Source: a virus
Direction: 5' to 3' (one strand)
IMG/VR virus record: IMGVR_UViG_3300029610_000017
Span: 1-40,103 of that record
Length of the DNA stretch: 40,103 bases
Positions 15,548-25,268 of this stretch are shown one piece after another. The stretch's first letter is position 1, and each line of letters starts with the position of its first letter. A model generated the notes under the pieces. That model was not told the origin of the DNA. It saw only the letters and a program-made list of their open reading frames with translations, and ran no database searches. The translations under genes were made by a program, and so were the position numbers.

Positions 15548-18103
15548 ATGGCAAGGCACGCCGACGGAACAATAGTAATAAACACAGCCATCGAAACCGA
15601 CGGCTTCAAAAAAGGCTCCAAGGACATGGAAGCCGCTTTCCGCAAGGCGGCGCACAACCTTGAGGGTGTAAGCGAAAAAATACAGATATCCATCGAGAAG
15701 TCCGTACAGGCTTTTGAGAAGCAGAATGCCGCATACAGGGAGCAGGAAGCGCGGGTTGAATCGCTCAAGGCGAAGATAGAGGAGGCGCAGAGCGAAAAGG
15801 TTGAATCTCAGGCTTTCACTGACATAAACAAGCAGATAGACGACTACCAGAAGAAGCTTGACGCGGCAATCGAAAGAGAAATCCGATTCATGGAGACCGG
15901 AGGAAGCACCAGAAGCACGGCATATGAGCGCATGGAGTATGATATCGAGATGCTTCGGGAGAAAATAGCCGAGGCGAAAGCCGAAAAAGACCGGCTGTTG
16001 CAGTCCGGCGAAGCATACACCGGCGCGGACATCTCCGGTCTTACCTCTCAGCTGACCGAAGCACAGGACAAGCTCGGACAGATGGGCGGGAAACTGGAGG
16101 CTTCGTATGCCTCACTGCGGCAGAAAATGGACGAATATTCCGAAAAAGCGGAGGAATCTGCGAAGAAAACGAACATTTTCAAGAGTGCGATAGACAGGCT
16201 GAACTCAAGCGCAAGAAGCTCCGGCTCCGGAATCGGCGGTGCGCTGAAAAAGTTTATCAAATACGGTCTTGGCATGGCGTCGGTCTATATGCTGTTTAAT
16301 AAGCTCCGCGCAGCCATAAAGGATGGTATAAAAAGCATCGTCCAGTTTGACAAGAAAACGAACACAAGCATTTCCGGCATACAGTCAGCATTTGCGAAGC
16401 TGAAAAACAACCTCACTGCAGCTATCGCTCCTTTGATAAATGCACTTGCGCCGTACATTATTAAAGTTGTGGATTGGCTTAATCAGGCAATAACTCAGCT
16501 TGCAATCTTTTTCGCACAGCTTACCGGGCAGAAAACGTATATTCAGGCAAAGGATGTATGGAAGGATTATGCCCAAGGTCTCAAAGACACTTCAGCTGCC
16601 GCAAAGGAGGCAAAAAAGAACCTTTCCGGACTTGATGAGATAAAAACATGGGATTCCGGAAGCTTCGGAGGGAGCGGCGGTTCAGGCTCTGGCACAAAAG
16701 CGGAGGATATGTTTGTTACGAAGAAACTCGATTCTTCCCTTGGAGACATAGATTGGAAGAGCTTTGGTGCAAAAATATCCGACGGATTTATAAATGTTAT
16801 GTCAAAAACATCCACATGGCTGGATAATATCCCGTGGGATGATATCGGGACAAAAATCGGAGAGACGATAAAGGGGATAGATTGGGGCGGCGCTCTCGCC
16901 AGTGTGGGTGGACTTGTTTATAATTTAGTGAATGGCATTTCGGAGGCAATAAGTGGCTTAGGGAAAGCGCTGACGAACGAAGAGCTTAATCTCCCAAGCG
17001 TTAATGAACAAGTTGAAGATCTTAAAACAAGATACGAAAAGATAAGTTGGATTATCAATAATATGTATAGCGATGACTATCAGAATGCATTTTTTAACTA
17101 CTTCGGCAGAGTGCCGAACGAATTTGATTCCTTTAGAGGATTTTTTGAACCGGGGTATGGAGAATGGCTGTATGATATTATCCAAAATGAAATAAAACTT
17201 GAAAAGAAACGTGAAGAAACAGCTAAAAAGGCTGTAGATAAAATGAAATGGCTTGAGATGCTGCTTAAAAACGATATTATCTCAATAGAAGAATATGTGA
17301 AAAGATCAAATTCTGCTTATAAAGATGGTATCCTTACCCTTGAGCAGTATAATGAACTTTTAGCCAAAGTGGGATTAACATCAACCGAAGCAGCTGCAAT
17401 TATTAAGAAAAACGCGGTCGAAGCACACGACAAAATGCTTAAAACTGCTGAATCTTTGCGAGGATTTGGCGAGAATGCAGGACGAGGATATGTTGAAGGC
17501 TTAGAGCTTGAGCTGAGAAACGGCAGATTTGCAATTATTGATGCCAATAACACAATCGTAGATAATATACGAAATAGCGGTAAGGGTCTTATATCTCAGA
17601 TTGTGGCAATTTTCGGGAAACAGGCTCTTGAAAGAGCAAATCAAAAGGCTGCAAAAGCGGCAGGGGAAGCAATCGGAGACGCGCTTGGAAATGGAATAAT
17701 AAGTTCCGTTAACCAAACCAATGCGCACGTTGCAGATTATACGGAGTTCTTGATCGGACAGCTTGAGGACAGCATGAAGCCCGGAGAGGATTATTACAAG
17801 AAAAAAGCGGCAATACGCAAACTAAAGTCTTTTACCGTTCCATATCTTGCATCCGGCGCGGTGATCCCTCCGAATGCGCCGTTTACGGCGGTTCTCGGCG
17901 ATCAGAAGCACGGGACGAATGTCGAGGCGCCGCTTGAGACCATAAAACAGGCACTGCGGGAAGTGCTCGGTTCCGGCACCGGCGGCGGGAACACTTACAA
18001 CATCACCGCGACGGCAAATGGGAAAACGCTTTTCCAGCTTCTGCTTGAGGAGGGGCGCAACGCGCAGATGCAGACCGGGAAGAATCCCTTCCTGCTTGCA
18101 TAA
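15548..18103 (+). CDS. Tape measure protein
   Basis: 851 aa with coiled-coil and hydrophobic central segments, in the canonical position. Confidence 0.85.
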   Translation: MARHADGTIVINTAIETDGFKKGSKDMEAAFRKAAHNLEGVSEKIQISIEKSVQAFEKQNAAYREQEARVESLKAKIEEAQSEKVESQAFTDINKQIDDYQKKLDAAIEREIRFMETGGSTRSTAYERMEYDIEMLREKIAEAKAEKDRLLQSGEAYTGADISGLTSQLTEAQDKLGQMGGKLEASYASLRQKMDEYSEKAEESAKKTNIFKSAIDRLNSSARSSGSGIGGALKKFIKYGLGMASVYMLFNKLRAAIKDGIKSIVQFDKKTNTSISGIQSAFAKLKNNLTAAIAPLINALAPYIIKVVDWLNQAITQLAIFFAQLTGQKTYIQAKDVWKDYAQGLKDTSAAAKEAKKNLSGLDEIKTWDSGSFGGSGGSGSGTKAEDMFVTKKLDSSLGDIDWKSFGAKISDGFINVMSKTSTWLDNIPWDDIGTKIGETIKGIDWGGALASVGGLVYNLVNGISEAISGLGKALTNEELNLPSVNEQVEDLKTRYEKISWIINNMYSDDYQNAFFNYFGRVPNEFDSFRGFFEPGYGEWLYDIIQNEIKLEKKREETAKKAVDKMKWLEMLLKNDIISIEEYVKRSNSAYKDGILTLEQYNELLAKVGLTSTEAAAIIKKNAVEAHDKMLKTAESLRGFGENAGRGYVEGLELELRNGRFAIIDANNTIVDNIRNSGKGLISQIVAIFGKQALERANQKAAKAAGEAIGDALGNGIISSVNQTNAHVADYTEFLIGQLEDSMKPGEDYYKKKAAIRKLKSFTVPYLASGAVIPPNAPFTAVLGDQKHGTNVEAPLETIKQALREVLGSGTGGGNTYNITATANGKTLFQLLLEEGRNAQMQTGKNPFLLA

Positions 18104-18112
18104 GGAGGATAT

Positions 18113-18490
18113 ATGGCACAGGACAAAATCAAGATAAACGGAATTACCATAAGACAGCCCGACGAGGGGCTTGGGTACGACTTCGAGACTACCTATGACG
18201 AAAGCGCAAAGAGAGCGCAGAACGGCAAGCTCAAGGCTTCAAGGCTTTTCACGGTCGAAGCCCTGAGCTATGCCGCAAGCAACCTCACGCTTGACGAGAT
18301 GAAAACCATCCTTCAGCAGGTGGCAAAGGGAAGTTCTTTCACGCTTCACTATTTCTCGCCTTACTATGGTGCATGGAGAGACGGAAAATTTTACGTCGGG
18401 CGTGGGAATCTTTCGATAGGTCGGCTTATCGAGGGAGGGGAAGTGTATGAAAGCCTATCGATACAGATGACGGGGGTGAATCCTATATGA
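18113..18490 (+). CDS. Small distal-tail-like protein
   Basis: AAGGAGG ribosome-binding site. First gene after the tape measure gene. Confidence 0.45.
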   Translation: MAQDKIKINGITIRQPDEGLGYDFETTYDESAKRAQNGKLKASRLFTVEALSYAASNLTLDEMKTILQQVAKGSSFTLHYFSPYYGAWRDGKFYVGRGNLSIGRLIEGGEVYESLSIQMTGVNPI

Positions 18491-19968
18491 TATCGGTATC
18501 TGACGCCTTCAAGGAGGCGATGAAAGACCGGTCGGATTACAGGTGTAGCGCGACAATCACCCTCGCAAACGGCACGGTTCTGACGCTTGCGGAGAACGAT
18601 TTCTCAATCATGGGAAACAAGGTATCGGAAGGGGCAGAATCTGACGGTCTGCCCCTCGGAGAAGCAATCAGCAGGAGCATATCGCTTGAACTGCTGAACT
18701 TCGACGGCGCGCTTAGTGCATACTCCTTCACCGGGGCAAAGATCGAGCTGCATCTTCTTTTCGCTCTTGACGGAGGCACGGAAGATGTGCTCATGGGAAC
18801 CTTTACGGTACTGACACCCGAAACCCCCGGCACGATAATCTCCATCACCGCCAACGACGATATGTACCTCACGGACAAGGAGTACGACACCGCGCTGTCT
18901 TATCCGGCAACGCTTTCGGAAATCTTCGTCGATGTCTGCAATCGGTGCGGTCTTGCTCACGGAAGCGACAACTTTGTAAACAGCGACTTTGAAGTGACGG
19001 CAAAGCCGGACGGATATACTTACCGAAAGGTTCTCGGCATGGTGGCGATGCTTGCCGGAGGAAATGCCCGGATAAACCGCGCCGGGGAGCTTGAAATCAT
19101 CACATACAGCTTTGCTTCTCCCGCCGTGCAGACGGTGGAGGACTGGATCAAGCTGACCGTCGCGACGGATGATATCACGATAACCGGCATTTCGGCGATA
19201 GCCTCTCAGGTGGTGGACGGAAAAATAGTCCGGAACCGCGTCATGTCCGGAGCCGACGGATATGTTATAGAGCTTGAAAATCCGCTGATGGACGGCAAAG
19301 AAGCCGAGGCGGTGAGTGCGCTCAACGGCATCTTCGTTGGGAAAACTCTCCGGAGGTTCGACGGAGAGATAGGAGGATATCCTCTCGCGGAGTTTATGGA
19401 CACGATCAGCGTGAAAGACCGGAACGGGACGGAATATTTCTCTGTCGTGACGGATATGTCCTTTACTTTTCTCGGCATGACAAGCATCAAAAACTCTGCC
19501 GCGTCCGAGATGCGCGTAAACAGCACCTTCGACGTATCAAAGGACGTCGGAAAGCTGATCGATAACGAGCGGACGGAAAGAATTGCCCAGATCACAAAAA
19601 CCGAGGAGGGACTGCGCTTCGATGTAGCCCAGCTGTCTCAGCAGGTCGCGATGACCATGACGGCAGACCAAGTCAGGATCGCGATCTCGGAAGCTGTCGG
19701 GGACATAAACTCGGTGACGACCGAAACCGGGTATACCTTCGACAAAGACGGTCTGCGGATAAAGAAAAGCGGAGAGGAAATAGAGAACCTTCTCGACAAC
19801 ACCGGTATGTACGTAAACCGTGACGACGAAAACATCCTGACGGCAAATAACGAGGGCGTGAGCGCGATAAACGTCAGCGTGAGAAAGTACCTGATTATCG
19901 GCAAAAACTCGCGTCTTGAGGACTATGACGGCACACGTACAGCGTGCTTCTGGATAGGAGGAACATGA
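18487..19968 (+). CDS. Tail tip / Tal-like baseplate hub protein
   Basis: 493 aa, ATGA overlap, consistent synteny. Confidence 0.55.
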   Translation: MISVSDAFKEAMKDRSDYRCSATITLANGTVLTLAENDFSIMGNKVSEGAESDGLPLGEAISRSISLELLNFDGALSAYSFTGAKIELHLLFALDGGTEDVLMGTFTVLTPETPGTIISITANDDMYLTDKEYDTALSYPATLSEIFVDVCNRCGLAHGSDNFVNSDFEVTAKPDGYTYRKVLGMVAMLAGGNARINRAGELEIITYSFASPAVQTVEDWIKLTVATDDITITGISAIASQVVDGKIVRNRVMSGADGYVIELENPLMDGKEAEAVSALNGIFVGKTLRRFDGEIGGYPLAEFMDTISVKDRNGTEYFSVVTDMSFTFLGMTSIKNSAASEMRVNSTFDVSKDVGKLIDNERTERIAQITKTEEGLRFDVAQLSQQVAMTMTADQVRIAISEAVGDINSVTTETGYTFDKDGLRIKKSGEEIENLLDNTGMYVNRDDENILTANNEGVSAINVSVRKYLIIGKNSRLEDYDGTRTACFWIGGT

Positions 19969-21869
19969 TGGAACTCACAAGCACATATCAATATCTCGGA
20001 CGGTCGGCAAAGATCGCACCGCAGAGCGGCAACTATGGCTTTTATATCCTGCTTTACGGAAAATCAACGCCGAACACCGTGACAGGATATCACACGGTAT
20101 CAACAAAAATGGTGCTTGCGTGTACTATAAACTCGGAGTTTTACCAGTACGGCACGACATACACCGGAACGATAAACGGTGCGTCGGCTTTTTCCGGTAC
20201 GAACGAGCCTTCTGCCGCGTGGGAGATGTCGGCATTTTCCGAGGGCGGGTACAGCTATAAGAAAGGCACTGTAATCGACGAGGGAACTGTATCCGTAGAT
20301 TGCACTGACGGATATGCGAAAAACATCCCGCTCTATGGGAAGTGGACTTTCACGGTAAACGGTACGACATACACCCCGGCAAAGAACGCAAGCGGGACGG
20401 TGTCGGTCACTGCGACACTTCCGGCAATCGCGAGAAAAAGCACCGTGACGGCAACGGATGCTTATATCGGTGCGGCAAGCACTATCGTTATAAACAAGAG
20501 CAACAATGCGTATACCAGCACCCTTTCATATCGGTATTATGGGCAGAGCACTTACACTGAGATTGTATCCAAAACCGCCGCGACACAGTACGGATGGACG
20601 GTGCCGGATGAGGCATATCAGCTGATACCAAACAGCCGGGAAATCAAGATATACATCCGATGCGAAACCTTCAACGGCTTGACCAGTATGGGGACGAGCG
20701 AGACATATCTCACCGCATCCGTTAGAGAAAGCACCAATGCGCCTGAAGTCTCTGCAAATGCGCAGGATGTAAACGCAAAGGCAACAGCCCTCACAGGAGC
20801 CGCCACAACGCTCATCAAGGGCGTTTCCAATCTTCGGGTACAGACAACCGCGACGGCAAAGAACGGCGCTTCTGTGGCTTCTGTGCGCGTCACGTGCGGC
20901 GGCATAAGCGCGATCGGAGTTGACGTCACCCTCAACGCCGTCGAAAGCAGTGCCGTCACCGTCAGCGTGACCGACAGCAGAGGGCTTACAACTGCCATAC
21001 AGCTTGCTGGGCTTAGTATGGTGAACTATATACCCCTCACACTCAATCCGACCGTACAGCGCGAATCTGCGGGTTCTGACGTGGTGTCGGTAAGTGCAAC
21101 CGGAAACTTTTTCTCCGGCTCCTTCGGTGCGGTTGCAAACACTCTCACGGTAAAGGTGAGGGTAAAGCCCGACGGCGGTTCTTACGGCGATTATACGGAA
21201 ATCACAGCATCGTCGGTCGGGAACACATACACCGCATCCGGTAACGTGTCAGGAGTGTCCTATACTGTCGTAAATGACGTGGAAGTGACCGCGTATGATA
21301 AGATATACACCGAAGGGAAAACCGCCGTATATCGCGTAAATAAGGGCGTTCCCGTCTTTGACTGGGGCGAAAACGATTTCCGCTTCAATGTCCCGGTCAG
21401 CATCGACGGAAACCTTACGGCAAAGAAGATCACCGGCACACAAGGGGAGTTTTCCGGCGCAATGGCGGTTAAATCCCTGACCGTCAACGGGAAGACCTTT
21501 TCCGACTATGTCATCTCCAGATATACAAGCGGTATATGGAAGGTGTGCAAGTGGAGTTCCGGTTTCTGCGAACTGTGGGGTACATACTCAAATACCGTAA
21601 ACATTTCCACAGCATGGAACGGTATGTACATCAAGGACGACGCGATACCGAATCAGACCTTCCCGGTGACCTTCACAAGCATCCCGACGGTCACGGCGAC
21701 GCCGCATATATACGGCGGTCAGCGTTTCGGTCTGCTCACCGGCTCCGGTGATACAGAGACATCCAAGCCATCAAATACCGGAACCGGCGCGTGGGGCGTT
21801 TTCCGCATGAATAACCAGTCAAACATCACCATCGGTGCGGATTTTTACGTCGCAGGGTACATCTCTTAA
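19965..21869 (+). CDS. Tail fibre / receptor-binding protein (DUF859-like N-terminus)
   Basis: AGGAGG ribosome-binding site before the ATG at 19965 (ATGA overlap). The track start at 19944 has no ribosome-binding site. 634 aa, T/S/V-rich beta-type sequence. Confidence 0.5.
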   Translation: MMELTSTYQYLGRSAKIAPQSGNYGFYILLYGKSTPNTVTGYHTVSTKMVLACTINSEFYQYGTTYTGTINGASAFSGTNEPSAAWEMSAFSEGGYSYKKGTVIDEGTVSVDCTDGYAKNIPLYGKWTFTVNGTTYTPAKNASGTVSVTATLPAIARKSTVTATDAYIGAASTIVINKSNNAYTSTLSYRYYGQSTYTEIVSKTAATQYGWTVPDEAYQLIPNSREIKIYIRCETFNGLTSMGTSETYLTASVRESTNAPEVSANAQDVNAKATALTGAATTLIKGVSNLRVQTTATAKNGASVASVRVTCGGISAIGVDVTLNAVESSAVTVSVTDSRGLTTAIQLAGLSMVNYIPLTLNPTVQRESAGSDVVSVSATGNFFSGSFGAVANTLTVKVRVKPDGGSYGDYTEITASSVGNTYTASGNVSGVSYTVVNDVEVTAYDKIYTEGKTAVYRVNKGVPVFDWGENDFRFNVPVSIDGNLTAKKITGTQGEFSGAMAVKSLTVNGKTFSDYVISRYTSGIWKVCKWSSGFCELWGTYSNTVNISTAWNGMYIKDDAIPNQTFPVTFTSIPTVTATPHIYGGQRFGLLTGSGDTETSKPSNTGTGAWGVFRMNNQSNITIGADFYVAGYIS

Positions 21870-21906
21870 ATGCGTATTTGCAATATCAAAGAAAGTGTAG
21901 GATAAT
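21865..21906 (+). promoter_or_regulatory. Late promoter 3 with conserved upstream element
   Basis: CTTAAATGCGTAT-TTGCAA-17 nt-GATAAT. The element overlaps the fibre gene stop codon. Confidence 0.55.
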
Positions 21907-21970
21907 GAAGTCATGAGACAAGGAACCACACCCACAATCAAGAACTCAAAATCAATTAAGGAGAAACATT

Positions 21971-22162
21971 ATGGCTGTTAAGTTAATGAATCAGAACATC
22001 GATCAGTATGCGAAGGCGACGACCTTTGACTACCTTTGCGACACGGATGACGACTTTGCGTCGCTTCCGGAGACTACTGTCGGGTCAACGGCAGTGAGCA
22101 TAGCGTCCGGAACGGTGAAGGTCGTGAACACTAAGGGACAGTGGGTTACATTCGGAGGTTAA
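21971..22162 (+). CDS. Hypothetical 63-aa protein
   Basis: AAGGAG ribosome-binding site, tightly coupled to the LRR gene. Confidence 0.5.
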   Translation: MAVKLMNQNIDQYAKATTFDYLCDTDDDFASLPETTVGSTAVSIASGTVKVVNTKGQWVTFGG

Positions 22163-22163
22163 A

Positions 22164-23093
22164 ATGGATATTACGAAGTACGCGATTTTGAAGAAACTGG
22201 CTGGCGGGGGAGGTGGAGGCGGCGACCATACGACAGAAGATGCGATAGTATCCGGGACTATTACGGATTATACGAATGACAGGGTGACGAGTATAGGAGA
22301 CTCTGTGTTTAGCGGGTGCTCCAGTCTCACATCAGTATACTTTCCTGCAGTAACGAGTATAAAAGACTTTGCGTTTATCATGTGCTCCAGTCTCGCATCA
22401 GCAGACTTTCCTGCGGCAGCGAGTATAGGAGAATCTGCGTTTGACGGTTGCTCCAGTCTCTCATCAGCAAACCTTCCTGCAGCAACGAGTATAGGAAACC
22501 GGGCGTTTGCAGAATGCTCCAATCTCACATCAGTAGACTTTCCTGCGGCAGCGAGTATAGGAAACCGGGCGTTTTTTGTATGTTCCAATCTCACGTCTGC
22601 AGACTTTCCTGCAGCAACGAGTATAGGAAAATCTGCGTTTGACAGTTGTTCCAATCTCACATCAGTAGACTTTCCTGCGGCAGCGAGTATAGGAGAATAT
22701 GCGTTTGACAGTTGTTCCAATCTCACATCAGTAGACTTTCCTGCGGCAGCGAGTATAGAAGCAGGTGCGTTTTGTTGTTGTTCCAATCTCACATCAGCAG
22801 ACTTTCCTGCGGCAGCGAGTATAGGAGAATATGCGTTTGAAGAATGCTCCAGTCTCACATCTCTAATCCTTCGTGTCACAACACAGGTCTGCACTCTTGG
22901 CGACACCTCCGCTTTTGATAACACGCCCATCGCCTCCGGCACTGGCTATATCTATGTCCCTGCGGCGCTTATTGACAGCTACAAAACAGCGACAAACTGG
23001 ACGACGTATGCCAATCAGTTCAGGGCGCTTGAAAGCTATACGGTAGACGGCACAACGACCGGGGAACTTGACCCCACAAAGGTGAACGCATGA
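22164..23093 (+). CDS. BspA-type leucine-rich-repeat (LRR_5) protein
   Basis: About nine 23-aa repeats of the form FxxCSxLTSxDFPAAxSIGxxAF, plus a G-rich N-terminus and a non-repeat C-terminal cap. Confidence 0.8.
   Translation: MDITKYAILKKLAGGGGGGGDHTTEDAIVSGTITDYTNDRVTSIGDSVFSGCSSLTSVYFPAVTSIKDFAFIMCSSLASADFPAAASIGESAFDGCSSLSSANLPAATSIGNRAFAECSNLTSVDFPAAASIGNRAFFVCSNLTSADFPAATSIGKSAFDSCSNLTSVDFPAAASIGEYAFDSCSNLTSVDFPAAASIEAGAFCCCSNLTSADFPAAASIGEYAFEECSSLTSLILRVTTQVCTLGDTSAFDNTPIASGTGYIYVPAALIDSYKTATNWTTYANQFRALESYTVDGTTTGELDPTKVNA
22300..22870 (+). repeat. Tandem 69-bp coding repeats (about 8-9 copies)
   Basis: Adjacent units are near-identical, e.g. 22623..22691 versus 22692..22760. Confidence 0.85.
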
Positions 23094-23266
23094 TACACGC
23101 AGAGACAATAACAATCAACGGGAAAAGATACAAGCACACATATTCCGACACGCACACGATTTCGCGCGACGGCGTGGAATACTACGACGCGGTTGACCCC
23201 TTCGGCAGTGACAGGGTCTATACCGAAACAGAAAACAAACTGCCGGAAAAGGATGAGAAAATGTGA
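23090..23266 (+). CDS. Hypothetical 58-aa protein (not in the ORF track)
   Basis: ATGA overlap with the LRR stop. Its own stop overlaps the GTG start of the next gene. Confidence 0.45.
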   Translation: MIHAETITINGKRYKHTYSDTHTISRDGVEYYDAVDPFGSDRVYTETENKLPEKDEKM

Positions 23267-23709
23267 CGCTTAAAGAAATCCTGTGGGGGAGCGGCGGTGC
23301 TATAATCATCCTGCTTACTCTCATACAGATAACGCCTATCAGGATCAACCCTTGGACGGCGATAATAAAAGCCATAGGGAGGGCGTTTAATACAGACGTG
23401 ATTAAAGACCTTAAAGACATAAAAACGTCGCTTCTTGAGACGCAGGAGCGGCTTGAAGGGCATATACTTGCCGACGACATGAGAGCGGCGGACGAGCATC
23501 GGAGGCAGATACTCCGCTTCAACGGGGAGGTGCTGCGCAAGCTCCGGCATACCAAGGAAGAATTTGACGACGTGCTTGTCCAGATAGACGAATATGAGAG
23601 GTATTGCAAGGCTCATCCCGACTACAAGAACAACCGGGCGGTGCTTGCGATAGAGAACCTGCGCCGGGTATACAAGATACTTCTTGAAACAAACGATTTT
23701 TTAACCTGA
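23263..23709 (+). CDS. Membrane-anchored coiled-coil protein of the lysis region
   Basis: N-terminal TM segment (GGAIIILLTLIQI). Located upstream of the holin. Confidence 0.5.
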   Translation: MTLKEILWGSGGAIIILLTLIQITPIRINPWTAIIKAIGRAFNTDVIKDLKDIKTSLLETQERLEGHILADDMRAADEHRRQILRFNGEVLRKLRHTKEEFDDVLVQIDEYERYCKAHPDYKNNRAVLAIENLRRVYKILLETNDFLT

Positions 23710-23722
23710 AAGGAGAAAAATT

Positions 23723-24016
23723 ATGGATTTCGGAATTACGGGAATTGCGGCGATAACGGTCATCTGTTACCTTGCCGCGCAGCTTATCAAGGCGACACCG
23801 CTTGACAACAAGTGGCTTCCGGTGATATGCGGCATACTCGGAGGAGGGCTTGGCGTACTGGGAATGTACATAATGCCGGACTTCCCTGCCGGGGACATCA
23901 TTACAGCAATCGCTGTGGGCATAGTATCCGGGCTTGCGGCGACGGGTGCGCATCAGATATACAAGCAGCTTTCCGGGGACAAGCCCGGTGCCGACGACGG
24001 TGAGGAGGGCATATAA
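23723..24016 (+). CDS. Holin
   Basis: 97 aa, multiple TM segments, charged C-terminus, immediately upstream of the endolysin. Confidence 0.75.
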   Translation: MDFGITGIAAITVICYLAAQLIKATPLDNKWLPVICGILGGGLGVLGMYIMPDFPAGDIITAIAVGIVSGLAATGAHQIYKQLSGDKPGADDGEEGI

Positions 24017-24825
24017 TGACTATAACCGAATGCCTTCACACGCAGAGCCGGTGCTATACTGTATATCAGGAGTGTGAGCCGGTCGGGATCGTGGTACACT
24101 CGACCGGAGTTAACCAGACCTCGGTGGCGAGGTACTGCCAGCCGTCGGATGACGATCCTTCAAGGGCTGAAATAATCTCGAAGATCGGGAGGAACAAGTA
24201 CGGCAATCACTGGAACCGACCGAACGTAAACAAGGCGGTTCACTATATGATCGGTCGTCTGGCTGACGGCACGGTCGGCATACTTCATCTGCTTCCGGAG
24301 GAGATATGCGCGTGGGGTGTGGGGAACGGCAAGAAAGGCTCTTACAATTATCCTCCGTACCCGCACATACAGTTTGAGATATGCGAGGACGGGCTGAAGG
24401 ACGAGACGTACTTCAAGGCGTGCTACAACGCGGCTGTTTCTCTGTGTGCCGACATCTGCCGCAGATGGGGATGGGAAGCCTCGGTCATCGTATCACACAG
24501 AGAGGCGTACAAAAAGGGCTATGCAAGCAATCATGCCGACTGCGACCATTGGCTGAAGCGGTTCGGGCTGACGATGGACGACTTCCGGCGCGACGTGGAC
24601 GGGCTTCTTCATCCCTCAAAGGTGATATCCGTCGGCGACACCGTGGTATTTACCGGAAAAAAGCATTACCGGAACGCAAACGCCATTATCGGCTTCGGGT
24701 GCAAGCCGGGCAAGGCAAAGGTCATGAGGGTATACCGGCTCGGAAAGTCGCGGCATCCGTATCTGCTGAAGGGATTCGACGGGTGTACGGCTAACGGATG
24801 GTGCAACGAAGAAGAAATAAAGTAA
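24016..24825 (+). CDS. Endolysin: N-acetylmuramoyl-L-alanine amidase (Amidase_2/PGRP-type) with a C-terminal binding domain
   Basis: Motifs GIVVHSTG and HYMIG, SHREA...HADC, and an SH3-like tail. Confidence 0.8.
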   Translation: MTITECLHTQSRCYTVYQECEPVGIVVHSTGVNQTSVARYCQPSDDDPSRAEIISKIGRNKYGNHWNRPNVNKAVHYMIGRLADGTVGILHLLPEEICAWGVGNGKKGSYNYPPYPHIQFEICEDGLKDETYFKACYNAAVSLCADICRRWGWEASVIVSHREAYKKGYASNHADCDHWLKRFGLTMDDFRRDVDGLLHPSKVISVGDTVVFTGKKHYRNANAIIGFGCKPGKAKVMRVYRLGKSRHPYLLKGFDGCTANGWCNEEEIK

Positions 24826-24834
24826 AATAAGTGC

Positions 24835-24870
24835 GCGGCAAGAGCGATTTTGCCGCCATTTATTTTTTTT
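24835..24870 (+). terminator. Rho-independent terminator ending the late operon
   Basis: GCGGCAA / TTGCCGC stem followed by a long T run. Confidence 0.75.
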
Positions 24871-24907
24871 CAAAAATTTTTTTGTTTTTTTAAAAACCCC
24901 TTGACAA

Positions 24908-25069
24908 ATGCACTCAAAAAGAACCGGGCTTTCGCAAACGGATTTCGGCGACATCTGCGGCAGCATCCCCCTCCGCACGATTCAAAACTGGGAATCGGGC
25001 ATACGAGAATGCCCCGACTACGTCCTCTTCCTCATAAAGTCCCACCTGAAGAGCGAAAACCTCATCTGA
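24908..25069 (+). CDS. Small XRE-type HTH protein (53 aa, not in the ORF track)
   Basis: Translation is MHSKRTGLSQTDFGDICGSIPLRTIQNWESGIRECPDYVLFLIKSHL... with a typical RTIQNWESG recognition helix. No clear Shine-Dalgarno sequence. Followed by a hairpin terminator. Confidence 0.45.
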   Translation: MHSKRTGLSQTDFGDICGSIPLRTIQNWESGIRECPDYVLFLIKSHLKSENLI

Positions 25070-25074
25070 AGAAA

Positions 25075-25112
25075 CCAACCCGCGCCGGGAACGGAATGCG
25101 GTTGGCTTTTTC
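25075..25112 (+). terminator. Probable terminator
   Basis: CCAACC(C)GC ... GCGGTTGG stem followed by CTTTTT. Confidence 0.5.
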
Positions 25113-25142
25113 GTGGCAGATTCGTGGCAGATTCGTGGCAGA
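25110..25142 (+). repeat. Three tandem 11-bp repeats TTCGTGGCAGA (candidate integrase arm-type sites)
   Basis: Exact triple repeat with one-helical-turn spacing. The same core recurs at 25343..25363. Confidence 0.6.
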
Positions 25143-25159
25143 TTTGAGGTCAAAATTAT

Positions 25160-25192
25160 GCCCCGCAGGGCAAAAACGCGCCCCGTAGGGCA
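25160..25192 (+). repeat. Two copies of the palindromic GCCCCGYAGGGCA, 20 bp apart
   Basis: 25160..25172 and 25180..25192, in the attP arm. Confidence 0.5.
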
Positions 25193-25228
25193 GAACAAAA
25201 ACCTGCCGCGAAGCCCCGTAATACAAGG

Positions 25229-25251
25229 AAAAACCCGCAATCCCAAGCGGG
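25229..25251 (-). terminator. Terminator-like hairpin downstream of the tRNA fragment
   Basis: On the minus strand, CCCGC-N8-GCGGG followed by TTTTT. Confidence 0.4.
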
Positions 25252-25268
25252 ACGCGGGTTTGCGGGTT

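Noticed and set aside
22300-22870. A diversity-generating retroelement targeting the LRR repeats.
   Set aside because: No reverse transcriptase gene, no template repeat and no adenine-specific mismatch pattern were seen anywhere in the genome.
22268-22942. 224-aa minus-strand ORF with its own repeats, opposite the LRR gene.
   Set aside because: It is an artefact of the 69-bp tandem repeats staying open on the opposite strand. The + strand product is a textbook LRR_5 protein.
25110-25142. A CRISPR array (11-bp tandem repeats here, 69-bp repeats at 22300..22870).
   Set aside because: There are no spacers between the repeats. The repeat lengths and context fit integrase arm sites and coding LRR units respectively.
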